A DNA stretch of 64,000 nt from Tubulanus polymorphus. Taxonomy: Eukaryota; Animalia; Nemertea. The notes beneath the pieces were generated by a model. The model did no database searches. It worked only from the letters and a program-made list of their open reading frames with translations, and had not been told where the DNA came from. Position 1 is the first letter of the stretch; every line of letters starts with the position of its first letter. Below are positions 36,445 to 50,033 of the stretch, one piece after another. The stretch covers positions 7,912,812 through 7,976,811 of the forward strand of contig NC_134036.1 in assembly GCF_964204645.1 (NCBI RefSeq), given 5' to 3'. The position numbers were made by a program, and so were the translations under genes.

Positions 36445-39400
36445 ATTAAATAATGTATTAGATGTATCAATGTATCAATTGCTATTTTAATACAATTATC
36501 TAAATTTTTCTTTAACTGTTATCTAATACAATCTAGGATCTAATACAATAATTTTAGTATTTCTAGTAATGTTCCTATTATAAGTTTTATTGAATACATA
36601 TCTTAGACAAAATAATACTAATATATCAAAATAGTTTCTATAAACAGTTTCTAATGAATTCAATATAAAAATAAGTTTTTCCACATTTTGTTACACGAGA
36701 AATTAACATATTATGATGTTGAAATATAAATAATTCCTCATTGATTTACATATTTTTAATTTCACTTAATGATATCAATTCATTAAATTTATCTAGCCAT
36801 CCAACTCATTTTACTAAAGAATATTTTTTTCTTTAGCAGTTTTTGTTTTTAATTTTTTTTTTCAATTTTATATTCTTGTTCTAGTTTTTCAGTAGTTAGA
36901 ATTAATTCGTCTTCATAAACTACCAATCAACTTCTTCACCTTCAAAATCTACTAATTCATTGACATATGGTTTTGTTGTTATTACTTACTGACCAACTTT
37001 ATATAGATAGGTTCACCAAAATCATCTACAAGAAATGCTCCATATAAATTATGGCAAACAATTTCAGCATTTTCATATTTTCTAACATCAATAGGTTTCA
37101 TTCTAATAGACGAATGATAATAATTATTATATCCTTCTATTAATTTTGGTTAAATATAAAACCATTTAAAAGTATTATTTGCTGTAAAATATTTCCACAT
37201 TCTTGTTCTCTGCTTCAGCTGCTTTCTTATCCAATGTTGTTAAAAAATCTAAGAGTCCATGAACAAATGAATTATCAAATTCTTTTCCATCATCAAATTC
37301 TATTTTATTCTGGATTCGCAGGACCTGAAAGAAATTTTCTCGAACCTTTTGATGTTTGTACAGCATCTTTTCTGGATAGTCGGAAACTCCATACATAACG
37401 ACTAAAAAATCAATTTTATTCAATATCAACCAATATTATCTTTTTAAAGATTTTTCATTGTTTTAAAGATTTTTCATTTTTCATTACGTTGTTCTAACGT
37501 AAATTCATTCATATCTTTATATTTTACAAAGATTTATGGGATTAGCTTATTTAATTTATCTTGTTTTACTTGGCGCCATATATGTTTTACAGAAGAATAG
37601 GCTGAACTCTCAGCCTAGACTGAACTCTCAGGATTATAATACAAATTTCTTAGATGTTGTTCTTTAGGATTGCGATATATTTTATTCTCCATTTATATAT
37701 CACAAATATTATTTCTATATTATTAATATTGAATAATATCTAATTGTGAATTTGATATATTTAATTGCGCATCAGAATAAATATAAATATGCATTTTATA
37801 ATCGTCGATTCCTTTTTTCTTTATCATGTTTAATTGTATTCAATCTTTTGTATTTTGTAATTTTTTCCCAGAACCATGTAACAAGTTATCTTCAGTTGTT
37901 CCAAAATCTACCCATAATGCAAATTTATTACCAGTATAATAATCAATTTGATTCTACTTTTAATATTTCGGGATTATAATGATTATTAACATCTATTGTG
38001 CCATTAGCATACACTTAGGTGATAAATAATAAAATACCTTTAATAGATCTTATAGGAAAGTCATTTTCATTTATTATTTCATCACTTGCATTAATAGTTG
38101 CAGTTTTACTGTATCATATTCTTAACATATATTCGATTATTTATAACCCATATCTTTAATTACACTAGATAATACTATTTCATTTACAGGAGCAAAAGTT
38201 ATTTCAAATGTTATATCTTCTTGAATTGCATATTTATATAAAAGTGCATTATTATTTATTATTCAAAATCTAATGGAATTTCATATTTACTTCCATAAAT
38301 GTTTTTTATTAAATTTACTGCAGCATTAGTTACTATTGCATTATTTGTTTTTGATCTTAATTTATTTTCATTTTTCTGTTTGAATTCCTAGAAATATCAT
38401 ATTTTTTCAATTTTCTTTTGTTAACCATAAATCTTTATAATATGCAAATAAATTATAATCATCTAATGTAAAAACAGTTTCCGGTTCAATTTTCATCCTA
38501 AATTTTGTATCAAGTATCTAACAACATTATCTACAACATAATTATTATTATTACCAGTTAATTCTATATCAGCTGATAAATACATACTGCTTGATAAGCA
38601 TAAAAAGTATTTTGATTTAATCTAGGAATTCTAACATATAAAGTTTCATTTGGATTAATATTTTACTTGAAGGATTGAGAAATTATATGATGATTACGTT
38701 CTGCTTGATTTGCATTAGATATTCTCGAATTATTTGAAGGATCTATATATTTTACATTCACCAGTTATTAATAAAAAAGCTAACTTATCTACTTTTTATC
38801 ATATTTAAAAATCCGAAAATAATAGCACTAACAACTGCAATTTAAAATACAATTATATGTTAAGCAGTAAAACTAATAATATTTCCAACAGACTTTAAAA
38901 ATAAAACGATCAATTAATGCCATAATTCCAGGTAATGCTGCAGCAGATTTTTTAGATAATTCCCATAAATGTTTTGCTAATTTCTTTAGACCATCTTGTT
39001 ATACCTTTTAATTCAAATAATGATTTTATTCTATCTTTTAATGATAATTCAAAAGTTGGTTTTATTTATTAATAATTATATAAAAATATCTTTTAATCTT
39101 TAAATTCTATTAGCACCTGATTTGAATAAATCATTTTTTTTTCTTTTTCTGTACTTTTGAATTTTCTTTTAAATTATCAATTTCTTATTCTAATTCATTT
39201 TGTCTATATTACATTTCTTCAATTACTTGACGATCTAAATCCGATCTTAACTGTTCTTATTCTTTATTTGATTTAGATGATTAATCTTCAAAAGTCGTAA
39301 TTTTTTCATGTACAATTTTCTCAGCTTCATTTCTTATACTAATAATTTCTCAGAGGAATTGTTCATGAAACATAGTTAAAGCTTCTATTTATTGATCTGT

Positions 39401-40045
39401 TAAACCAATTACTCCTTCCGGTAAAAGTTTTTCAGTTTGAAATCCCGATGATCTAGGTTTACTGGTTTTTGAATTAATAACTTCTTTAGGGATTGTTTCT
39501 GGTTCTAAATTTTCATGAATCATCTTCGAAATATAATCATTTCTTTGATTAAATTCTCTTCTATTTAGAGTTATTTCTTGTTCTGTAACATCAGTTATAT
39601 CATTCTTATTACTTACTCTTTTAATTCTAGATTGTTCTAATTTAGCCAAAGTTGATTTTGTTACTATTTTATCACGACATTTATAAGAAGATATCTTAAA
39701 ATCATAGTCATCTTTGAAACGCCAATAATAATCACCATCTAAATATTTCAAATCTGGTGCCAAATACTCCACATTTTATTAGTTACATTAAATCCACATT
39801 TTGTCTATATTGGTTTAAAATTATCAATTAAATCATCATAATAGAATTCTTTTTTTTTTCTAGTCCTTGATCTAAATTTTCAATAATCAATCTTGAACGT
39901 GTTATTAATATGAAATAATTATTTAATACCTGGTCATGGTGCTGCAGATTTTTTAGATAATTTTCATAAATATTTTGCATATTTCATTAGACCATCTTTA
40001 ACTTTATCTTGTATAGAATTATTATTATTTGGCGGTTCATCCGGT
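36445..40045 (-). mobile_element. Decayed Polinton relic (ATPase, integrase, MCP, coiled-coil gene), copy 2
   Basis: EFDDGKEFDNSFVHGLLD integrase piece; MCP and coiled-coil remnants share deletions with the 26490-28835 relic. Confidence 0.85.
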
Positions 40046-40059
40046 GAAATATTTACAAA

Positions 40060-40480
40060 GTAACTGGTAGTTGCTGGAGGATGGTTGACAAGGATGAGTG
40101 AGGGTGACTTCAGTTTTTAATGTAAATATTTTCCGAATTTTCAACCTTCTGTTTCATGTGTTTTAATAACGGCTTCGGTCGTGTTTGGTTTTCTCGAGTA
40201 TTTTCAGAATGGTCGAGTCGTTTGTTACCCGGGGATGTAAGAAAAGGAGGATAAGGATGACATCAGTTGTTAATGTAAATATTTTCCGAATTATCAACAA
40301 TTTCTTTTACCCGTTTTAATATCGGCTTCGGTCGTGTTTCATTTTCTCGAGTATTTTCAGAATGGTCAAGTCGTTTGTTGATGGGGGATGATTGATAAGG
40401 TGGGTTGAGGATGACTTCAGTTTTTAATGAATATATTTTCCGAATTTTCAACATTTTCTTTTATCGGGTTTACTATTGGC
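40060..40480. repeat. ~154-bp satellite array
   Basis: Same unit. Confidence 0.88.
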
Positions 40481-40684
40481 TGAGGTGGTGTGCATGTGCA
40501 CAGTCTGACTGAAGGCATTTCTACCAAATAGCGACATAAATACCGGGGAAAATCAAAGAAACCACACGTGATGAAACTTTCTAGGTCGTATATATGTATA
40601 TTAATGGTTTTCATGTATCGCTTTTTCAAATTACACTACCGACCTCTAGTGGGATCAATACATCACTAATTCTCACACCACATT

Positions 40685-40768
40685 AGTAATTGGGAAAGTA
40701 GGCTTTCAGATCAGAGGTCGAAGGTCGACCACTCATCACCACAAGTATTTTTTTTTCCTAATAAATGG
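40685..40768 (+). repeat. 84-bp TIR of element 2, ending on the TAAATG start of the terminal gene
   Basis: Reverse complement of 58092-58175 with about 3 mismatches. Confidence 0.95.
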
Positions 40769-41091
40769 GAGATAGAAAAGCATTCTTAGCAACAATAAAT
40801 AACAGAATTAAACCAACAAAAAAACAATTTGAAATAAAAAAGTTAGTTGATGTTACAAAAGAAATCGAACATAAGATATTGAAATTAGAAAAGATAAAAA
40901 CTAAATATGGAGAGAAAGTATCAGCTAATTTAAGCTACTGTAATGTTAGTACATCACGAGAATTTAAAGTGTTTTTACCCGATAAATGGGTTTCATTGAG
41001 TACAGAGGAATTGAAAGATTTAGTAGGATTTAAAATAGTATATCATGGGAAAAATGAAGACGGTCATCATGATTTGGAAATTGTTGATTAA
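40765..41091 (+). CDS. Small conserved Polinton protein (homolog of 10213-10566)
   Basis: TKYGEKV...FKVFLPDKW...IVYHGK. Confidence 0.6.
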   Translation: MGDRKAFLATINNRIKPTKKQFEIKKLVDVTKEIEHKILKLEKIKTKYGEKVSANLSYCNVSTSREFKVFLPDKWVSLSTEELKDLVGFKIVYHGKNEDGHHDLEIVD

Positions 41092-42148
41092 ATAAAAAAT
41101 AAAAATAATGAATATCTAAAAATGACCTTAGTCGTTTTATAAACAACTACAATCATACAGTCAAACATCTGTTACATGTTATTATGAGAGAGTGCTTCAT
41201 TTGAATATTAATCAATCAAACAGGTGTTGCACAACGTTGTTGTTATATTGGATAGCTAGCAGTTATATATTAAGCACGCAGTACATACAACACACACAAG
41301 CCAGTTAGCCGGCATTGAACCACCACGTTTTCATTGGTTGCTGAAAGCGAGGTTTATTTAAATTAGCTCGGCCGTGACGACAGGAGGATAGTTATCATTC
41401 TCTCGTGATTAAAAGGAATATTTCAATGTTTTTACGGTAAGTTTTAGCAAAACCACCCGACTTGACTCGCAGAGTTTTTAGGGGATAAGCATCCCGTTAT
41501 TGAGAGGCGCCACGAGATACCTATCCCCAAGCATTTCTACTTACACCCCTGTGACCCACGCCTCACCAATTCTCCTTCAATGGTTGACAGGAAACACATT
41601 ATATTTAAGGCGCCTTATGCATTTCCTATCAACCCCTTACCCCCGAAAAGAGGACTGAAGGAGAACCACGGAGGGTGGACAAAGGTGCATTTTCGAAATG
41701 CCCCTGCAAGCCAAGCCCGGCGGCACTCCAGTGGTTGAATGAATTGCCTTATATACTTAGCTAAAACACCTAAGTAAATGTTGCTGGTGCTAAAAAAATA
41801 TGTGAAATTTGAAATTATAAATTATTTCGAATGAAAAGAATATAAGAATGAAAACTGATAAATGAATTATGGATTTTTAACTTAATTATGATATAATTTT
41901 TAATCAAATTAGTAATCAATTACTATGTTAATTGATTAACAAATTCAAATTCAAATATTCATTTTAGCATACCCAGTGTTGTCATCTTTCAATTTAAGAA
42001 AAAACTAATAATAAGAAACGACTGTAATACAATATTCAAGTAAAAACAAAATAAATTGATAAAAATAATGAATATCTAGAATCCGAAATGACTTATCTGG
42101 ACAATTTAATTGCTCCGCATAGATAGACAAAAGTAGTGAGATATTTAA

Positions 42149-42559
42149 TTAATTAAAAAAAATTATTTTTTTTTGCTTTTTTTCTAAAATATTAATCCAT
42201 TTTTTTATTATCAATTTTGGAATTTCAGAAGTACTTTCATTTTTGATAGCAGTTGGTTCAGAATTACTAATATCATGAATTTTATTTGATTTCTTATACC
42301 AATTACACCCAATCAAAATGAATACAATTACAAATCCAACTGTAAAATATAAATATTTATAAAATATTCTATTATCAGAAGGAGTAGAAATAACAATATT
42401 TTCACCATTTTTATTAACATTTTTATTACTTATTTTTTCTTTTACAGATTTTTTATATTCTTGTGATTTAATTCCTAATTGCCGAGACCATTCAATTTGT
42501 TTCTGAGTTCTCGGTTTTTTCTTCACAGTTAATTCCTTCACTTCTTTCACCTCGCTCAT
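42149..42559 (-). CDS. Basic protein with one TM helix
   Basis: Homolog of 19569-20020. Confidence 0.65.
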   Translation of the reverse strand: MSEVKEVKELTVKKKPRTQKQIEWSRQLGIKSQEYKKSVKEKISNKNVNKNGENIVISTPSDNRIFYKYLYFTVGFVIVFILIGCNWYKKSNKIHDISNSEPTAIKNESTSEIPKLIIKKWINILEKKQKKIIFFN

Positions 42560-43097
42560 TTATTATAGAAATATTTTTACTTTCAATATTTGAAAATGTT
42601 ATAACCCCAGTTGATAATAATGTCATAAATCCACCTAATTGAAACGATAAATATCCAATCCATTTATTTAATTCAGTCATAACTAAATAATCATTTTTTA
42701 AATCGGAATATTATCTATTTTCATCTTCAATTGGTAGTATATAATTACATAATTTACTATAACCTTTTACTACATTTTCTGATATCGCGTCATTAATTTT
42801 AGCTGTTCTCGCGGCTTCATAAATCTTAAATAATCTAATAATTTCATCTGATTTCATTGTATCTAATTCATTATAAGTTAAATTTTTACCGACAAAATTT
42901 TTACATTTTCCAGATGCTATTAATATTTCTAATTGATGTTTGCAATAAAGATAATATTCATAATTATTATTTGTTGTAACATTATTTAAAGCACCATCAT
43001 CTGGAATTAATTTGTTTTCTGTTATTCCTAAATCATCTAAAGTTTTTTCAATTGGAACATCACCATTTTTAGATTTTATTTTCTTTTCACCTACCAT
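42492..43097 (-). pseudogene. Conserved hypothetical protein with one in-frame stop (42711)
   Basis: Homolog of 20013-20593. Confidence 0.7.
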
Positions 43098-43124
43098 TTA
43101 TATAACAACAAAATTAGTTGTGAT

Positions 43125-43401
43125 GTTGCAACTAGAATTCAACTAGAATGTAACTAGAATTCAAATTGATTAACAAGCTAGTTGAAATATTGTTGTTTTT
43201 GTTTATTTCTTGTTAAATCTAGTTGATTTTTGTTTCAACTACTAACAACTAGAATTCAACTAGAATGTATCTAGAATTAAACTAGATTAACAAGCTAGTT
43301 AAAATATTGTTAAATCTAGTTGATTTTTGTTACAACTACCAATAACTAGAATTCAACTGGAATGTAACTAGAATTCAACTATATTAACAAGCTAGTTGAA
43401 T
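43125..43401. repeat. Intergenic CAACTAGAATTC / CTAGTTG repeat cluster (three blocks)
   Basis: Direct and inverted short repeats between the ATPase stop and the next start. Confidence 0.8.
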
Positions 43402-44010
43402 TTAAATAAATTCATATTTAAAATGGTGTTGTAATCTAAATAGTAATTTTGATCTTTTAATTTTTTTCAACTTATCCATATATTCATTATGTAAATCATG
43501 TGGAATAATATCATTTTCCTCAAGTGCATTTTTCATTGATTTTCTATCTTTATTGTAGAATAAAACTAGAAATCTAATGTTTTCTCTAAAGTCTTTAACA
43601 ATTGAATTATATTTTTGATTTAAAACCCATGTTGTTATCCCGAAATGTCTTCCAGAGAAAGCTAGATAACATAACTCACTTTCTCTCACTTTTGAATCAT
43701 GTAAATTAGCGCAATCATCTATAATGAATAATGTATTTGATCCTTTATAAATATCAATTGCTATTTTTATACAATTATCTAAATTTTCTTCTACTGTTTT
43801 AGGATCTAATATAATAAATTTATTATTTCTAGTACTATTTCTATCATAAGTTTGATTAAATTCATACGTTGGGCAAAATAATACTATATTATCAAAATAG
43901 TTTTCATAAACAGTTTCTAATAAATTTAATATAAAATAAGTTTTTCCACAATTTGTTACGCCAGATATTAACATATTATGAGGCTCAAATATAAATAATT
44001 CTTTATTCAT
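43402..44010 (-). CDS. A32-like DNA packaging ATPase (intact)
   Basis: GVTNCGKT, FIIDD, SGRHFGIT. Confidence 0.93.
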   Translation of the reverse strand: MNKELFIFEPHNMLISGVTNCGKTYFILNLLETVYENYFDNIVLFCPTYEFNQTYDRNSTRNNKFIILDPKTVEENLDNCIKIAIDIYKGSNTLFIIDDCANLHDSKVRESELCYLAFSGRHFGITTWVLNQKYNSIVKDFRENIRFLVLFYNKDRKSMKNALEENDIIPHDLHNEYMDKLKKIKRSKLLFRLQHHFKYEFI

Positions 44011-45138
44011 TTATATATTTTTAATTTTACTTGGTAATATCCCTTCATTGAATTTATCTGGCCATCCAACCCATTTTACTAAAGAATATTTTTTTCTTTT
44101 AATAGTTTTTGTTTTTAATACTTTTTCAATTTTATATTCTTGTTCTAGATTTTCAGTAGTTAAACTTAATTCTTCTTCGTAAAAGTAGCCATCAACTTCT
44201 TCACCATCTAAATCTTCTAATTCATAGACATATGGTTTTGTTGTTATTTTGTTTTTTATTTTATATATTTCTCTAGTAAAATTTCGATCGTATCCTTTAT
44301 CAAATATCTTTTTATACTTAGAAATTCTAACATTTTGACCAACTTTCAATTTAGGTTCACCAAAATCATCTACAAGAAATGCTCCATATAAATTATTCCA
44401 AACAATTGCAGCATTTTCAGGTTTTCTAGCATCAATAGGTTTCATTCCAATAGAAGAATGATAAGAATTATCATATCCTTCTATCAATTTTGGTAAAACA
44501 TCAATCCATTTAAAAGTATTATTTGCTGTAAAATATTTCCAGATTCTTGTTCTTAATGTTCTATTAAATCGTTCAACAACTGCTGCTTTTTTATCTGATT
44601 TTGTTGAAAAATATTTAATATTATGATTATCTAAGAGTTCATGAACAAGTGAATTATCAAACTCTTTTCCATCATCAAATTGTATTTTTTCTGGTTTTAG
44701 TTTATCATCCGAAAGAAATTTTCTTAAAACATTTGATGTTTGTACAGCATCTTTTCTATAAAGTGGGAAGCTCCATACATAACGACTAAAAATATCAATT
44801 ATATTCAATAACCACCAATAATCATCATTATCTTTCTTAACATTTTTCATATCAATTAAATCTCCTTGCCACTGTTGATCTACATAACTTACCATAGTTT
44901 TACGAGTTTTATATTTTCTAACAATTTTTTTATGTGTTGTATATGTTGGTTGTTCTAACATAAATTCATTTATATCTTTATATTTAACTAAATTCTGTGG
45001 GATTATCTTATCTAATTTATCTTGTTTTACTTGACGCCATATATTTCTAGTAGAAGAATAAGCAACTGAACTCTCAGGGTTGTAATATGAATTTCTTAAA
45101 TATTGTTCTTTAGTATTATGAGTTTTTGTACCACCCAT
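44011..45138 (-). CDS. RVE integrase with chromodomain (intact, 375 aa)
   Basis: WQGDLIDM, QFDDGKEF, VERFNRTL; YSLVKWVGWPDKFN. Confidence 0.95.
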   Translation of the reverse strand: MGGTKTHNTKEQYLRNSYYNPESSVAYSSTRNIWRQVKQDKLDKIIPQNLVKYKDINEFMLEQPTYTTHKKIVRKYKTRKTMVSYVDQQWQGDLIDMKNVKKDNDDYWWLLNIIDIFSRYVWSFPLYRKDAVQTSNVLRKFLSDDKLKPEKIQFDDGKEFDNSLVHELLDNHNIKYFSTKSDKKAAVVERFNRTLRTRIWKYFTANNTFKWIDVLPKLIEGYDNSYHSSIGMKPIDARKPENAAIVWNNLYGAFLVDDFGEPKLKVGQNVRISKYKKIFDKGYDRNFTREIYKIKNKITTKPYVYELEDLDGEEVDGYFYEEELSLTTENLEQEYKIEKVLKTKTIKRKKYSLVKWVGWPDKFNEGILPSKIKNI

Positions 45139-45168
45139 TTATATATCCTTAATTTTAACTTTATATTT

Positions 45169-46416
45169 CTAATATTGAATACTATCTAATTGTGAATTTA
45201 CAATATTTAATTGCGCGTCAGATATAATATAAATGTGCATTTTGAAATTTTTGTCCCCTCTTTTCTTCGCCATGAATAATTGTATTCCATCTTTAGTGTT
45301 TTGTAATTTTTTTCCAGAACCATGTAATGAATTATCCTCTGTTGTTCTAAAATCTAACCATAATGCATATTTATTGCCGGTATAATAATCAATTTGATTA
45401 ATATTACAATTTTCAAATGATTTTACTTTTTCATTCATAAAATGTTTTCTAATTTCTGGCCACTGATCTATCATTCTCATTCCTTGGCAAAATATTTTAT
45501 TTGCTATTCCTTCGATAGTTATTTCTACTTTTGTTATTTCAGGATTATAATAATTATCTACCTTTATTGCACCATTAGAATATGTTGCAATGGTGAAAAA
45601 TATTAATATACCTTTAATAGATCTTCTTGGGAAGTAAATATTCTCATTAATTATTTCATCATTTGCATTAATAGTTACGGTTTTAAATTTATCAATATAA
45701 TCATATAATAATGAAAGTCCTTGATTGTATTAAGTTTGAATTGTGCTAGCAATATTTTCATTAGTTACTGTGTTATATTCTAAACATATATTCGATAATT
45801 TATAACCCATATCTTTAACAACGCTAGATAATACAATTTCATTTACAGGAGCAAATGTTATCTCAAATATAATATCTTCTTGAATTGCGTATTTATATAA
45901 AGGTGCATTATTATTTATCAATTCAAAGTCTAATGGAATTTTATATTTGCTTCCATAAATCTTTTTAATCAAATTATCTGTGGCACGAGTTACTATTGCG
46001 TCATTAGTTCCTGATCTTAATTTATTATGGTTTTCGGATTGAATACCCTGAAATATCATATTATTTCTATTTTCTTTAGTTAACCATAAATCTTTATAAT
46101 GCATAAATAAATTATAATCATCTAATGAGAAAACTGTTTCCGGACCAATCTTTATAGTTAATTTTTTAATCAAATATCTTCCAACATTATCAACAACGTA
46201 ATTGTTATCATGGCCATTTACTTTTATATCGGCTGATAAATAAATACTATTTGGAACATAAAAAGTATTTTGTGTTAATCGAGGAATTCTAACATATAAA
46301 GTTTCATCGGGATTAATATTTGAAGGGTTATGAGTAATTATATGATGTGATCTTTCTGCTTTAATAGCATTAGATATTCTAGAAATCTTAGAAGGACTTA
46401 TATAACTCCCACTCAT
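45169..46416 (-). pseudogene. Putative major capsid protein, disrupted
   Basis: Near-identical to 15651-16898; stop at 45730. Confidence 0.7.
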
Positions 46417-46440
46417 TTATTAAACAAAAAAATTAATTAT

Positions 46441-48186
46441 TTATTTTTTATTATTTTTTTCTTGATATCTTTTTGATATCATATTTACTAACCCAAAAAT
46501 AATAGCACTTACAACTGTAATTAAAAATAAAATAATATGTTCAGCAGCAAAGTTAAGAATATTCCCAGCAGATTTCAATATAAAACCAACAATTGATGCA
46601 ATAACTCCTGGTAAAGCTGCAGCAGATTTTTTAGATAGTTCCCATAAATATTTTGCTAATTTCTTTAAACCATCCTTAACTTTATCTTGTATAGAATTAT
46701 TATCATTCGGGGGTTTATCTGGTTTATTGGGAGTAGGAGTAGATTTCAAAGCATTTGATATTGCTAAACCAATTGTTGTAAATTACATAGTTACAGCTGT
46801 TAGAATTGAAAGAATTGTTATTCCTTCTAATTTAAATAATAACTTTATTCTATCTTTCAATGATATTTTAGAATCTGGTTTTATCAACAAATCTTTAAAA
46901 ATAACTTTTAATTTTTTAATATGATTAAGATCATATGATTTTAATAATGTATCTCTTTCTTTTTCCTGTAATTCTTTGTTATATTTTAAATCATCTCTTT
47001 CTTTTTCTAAAGCTAACTTTCTGCTTTCATAATCAGCTTCCTCGATTAATTGAATATCTCTATTTAATTCTAATTGTTTTAATTCTTCATTTGCATTAGT
47101 TAATTCTTTTTCTAACATGGTTATTTTAGAAAATCTCATCTTAATATTAGCAATTTCACCAGCTGATTCTTGCATACCTTTAATTTCTCTACGTGCTTGT
47201 TCAGGAAATGCTTCTAATTCATCATCAGTTAACTGAGGCATCGACAACGAAGAAGAAGGACTTGTTCAGTAATTGTTCCCGATTTTCTTTTGAAACGATG
47301 CTCAATGTCTTCATTCGATAAACAGGTATGTCCATCAACTTTGAAGAAAGTTACGCTTGAATCAAGTATTCCTTTTTCTAGTAAAGATAGTATTCGATTT
47401 ATTCCAGTTTCAGTACCGGGTGTATCTAAAATACTATTCATCTCTTCGTCAAATGAATGAATTGTATCAAACATTTTATCAAAATGTTTTACTACTTGTA
47501 ATTGATTTGAATCATTATCAATTTGTTGAATATCTCTTCTAGATGTTTCGGGTGTTGAAGATCTTAATTTATCTAATCGATCTCTATTCTCTTCCATTTC
47601 CGTTTCTGGATTATCATCGATTATTTTAAATAAGTCATCAATTCTTTGTTTGAATTCTTTTCTATTTTGTTTTTATTTCTTTTTGTGTTACATCAGTTAT
47701 TTCATTACTATTAATTATTCTCTTAATTCTATCTGGTTCTAACTTAAGCAAAGTTGATTCTGCTAATATTATATTTTGATTTTTATAAGAGATGTTAATA
47801 TAATAATCATCTTTCAATTTATAATAATATTCACCATCTAAAAACTTTAAATCTTGTACTAAAAGTCTGGCGCCTCTATCATTTATATTATATCCAGATC
47901 TTACAAATACATCTTGAAACTTATATATAAATTTATTATTTTCTATATCTTCCTTTGATAAACCTGGCATTTCATTTTCAGGATTTATTTTCGATCTAGT
48001 TCTTCTATCAAATTCATCTGTTGATGGGACTTTAGAACCACTATCTGCTAAATTAGAATCATATGCTGATTCATCATCATTATCAATATTAGTTTCATTA
48101 AAATCAGGTTGTGGTTCATCATCAATGTATCCTTCATTATTATTTCCCATGTCATCCAATGGAAAACCTTCTCCACCTTCTGCCAT
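46441..48186 (-). pseudogene. Coiled-coil protein with C-terminal hydrophobic helices, disrupted
   Basis: C-terminus near-identical to 15173-15610; N-terminal and central parts diverged and longer. Confidence 0.75.
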
Positions 48187-48202
48187 TTACATAATAAAAA
48201 AA

Positions 48203-49572
48203 TTAAAATTTAAAATATAATATTCCTCCGATTACAATTCCTATACAAGTTATAGCTAATTTAGTATTTTCATGGGATTTATTATCATCATTTAGTTTAA
48301 TTATATCATGTTGAATAATATCAGTTTCTATATCTTCTGATGTATTATAATCCGGTTTAGAATCATTATTTAATTTAATATTTTTAGTTTTAGTTTCAGT
48401 TGATTGAATATGTTTTTTATTTTTTTCACCTTCCATTAATTTTGGAGCAGTAATAATCTTTTTATTTATATCATTTAATCCAAATGAATTATTTATTGTT
48501 GCAGTTTTAATTAGATTATTATAACCAATTATATTTCCCATCTTTAATACTAAATCATTAGAAATAATTATTAGATTAGGGCCTATACAATAATTTAATC
48601 TAATATGTGATTTATCTAAATAATCTTGATATCTTATAATGTTTTCTGGAATCGATCTATTTTTATCATTATGAATTGAATCTTCAAATAAAACTTCAAA
48701 TTGTTTCTGTGTATCGAATGATGTATTCAAATTTCCAATTATTGGTGATCTTGTTTCAACTTGCGCACCTAAAATACATATCAAATAAGTTCTAATAGAT
48801 TGATTTATTCTTTGTATACCTGATTTAGTAAAACCTTCATTATTTTCTAAAATGAAATAAACCCAACCATTATTGTTTTCTTGTTTTAAATTATCATAAA
48901 ATGTCAGTAATTTATTAAAATTTAATGTTTCTAAATCCTAAGTTTCTATTTTACCATAACCTAATTTATGACTATAGATATTATACAAACTATTAGATGG
49001 TATGGGAAGTGCACAATATTCTGCAATCTTTTTAGGGCAAGGAAGTGATCTTATTGTTCCAATTTTTGTTCTAAAATCAGAATTATTTATATCTATATTA
49101 AATTCATTACAAATTTTATAAAACTTTGATAAATTAATATTATTATCTAATTCTTTAAAATATCTTGATCCTGGTAAAGCGCACTCTAATTCATTTAATA
49201 TTATTCTTATTTAAAAGTATGTATGAAATCTAAATAAACTTTGAATTAATTTATATTTAGAATTATTCAAATGATCATTCCAACTAATTCCACATCCTGT
49301 TGTTGCACAATAAACAGCAATATTTAATTGGTTCTGCCAATACTTCATATTAGATTTTAATAACCATTGTTTTTCATCTTTCAATTTTTTACATGAAATA
49401 TATTTTCCATCTTTACATGAAAATTATTACTTTCAGTAACATAAATATATAAATCAATTAATGAATTTAAAACTTCATTTCTATATGTAATATCTTTATT
49501 AAAATCTATTGCTGGAATATTATATTTAATTGATTTATTATATTGGAAAGCTTTTGGAAAACTATCTGCCAT
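48203..49572 (-). pseudogene. Ortholog of the 441-aa TM-anchored protein, disrupted
   Basis: Both ends near-identical to 12848-14173. Confidence 0.75.
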
Positions 49573-49588
49573 TTATATAATTAAAAAA

Positions 49589-50014
49589 TTAATAATTTAT
49601 TAATTCTTTTAATAATTTATCTTGTTCTTCAACTGTTATATGACCATTTAAACTTATTATATAAACTAGTGTATTCTTTAATTTATCAATTTCTTTTATA
49701 TTAGTTTTAATTTTTTCTTTATTACTTTTTATATTTAATTTTGAACTTTTAACGGTTAAAACACTTGAACTTAATCCTAATACACCAATTGATATAGCTA
49801 AAGGTGTTAATGGACTGAATATTGCTAGAAATGTTATTACAGGACTAATTGTAACCGAACCACTAATAATCAAATAATATATAATTTTACTTTTTAAATA
49901 TTTTTTCTTTTTAACTTTTAAATCACTTTCAAATTCTAATATTTGTTTTTCTAAATATATTCTTAATTTAGTTTTATTTATATCATGAGGAATAATATCA
50001 ATATTATCTTCCAT
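49589..50014 (-). CDS. Two-TM membrane protein
   Basis: Ortholog of 12397-12831. Confidence 0.75.
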   Translation of the reverse strand: MEDNIDIIPHDINKTKLRIYLEKQILEFESDLKVKKKKYLKSKIIYYLIISGSVTISPVITFLAIFSPLTPLAISIGVLGLSSSVLTVKSSKLNIKSNKEKIKTNIKEIDKLKNTLVYIISLNGHITVEEQDKLLKELINY

Positions 50015-50033
50015 TCATTTAGAAAAAAAATTA

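Noticed and set aside
44011-45138. LTR retrotransposon (chromovirus) as the source of the integrase
   Set aside because: No gag/RT/RNase H or LTRs; it sits with ATPase, capsid and pPolB genes inside TIRs with a 6-bp TSD.
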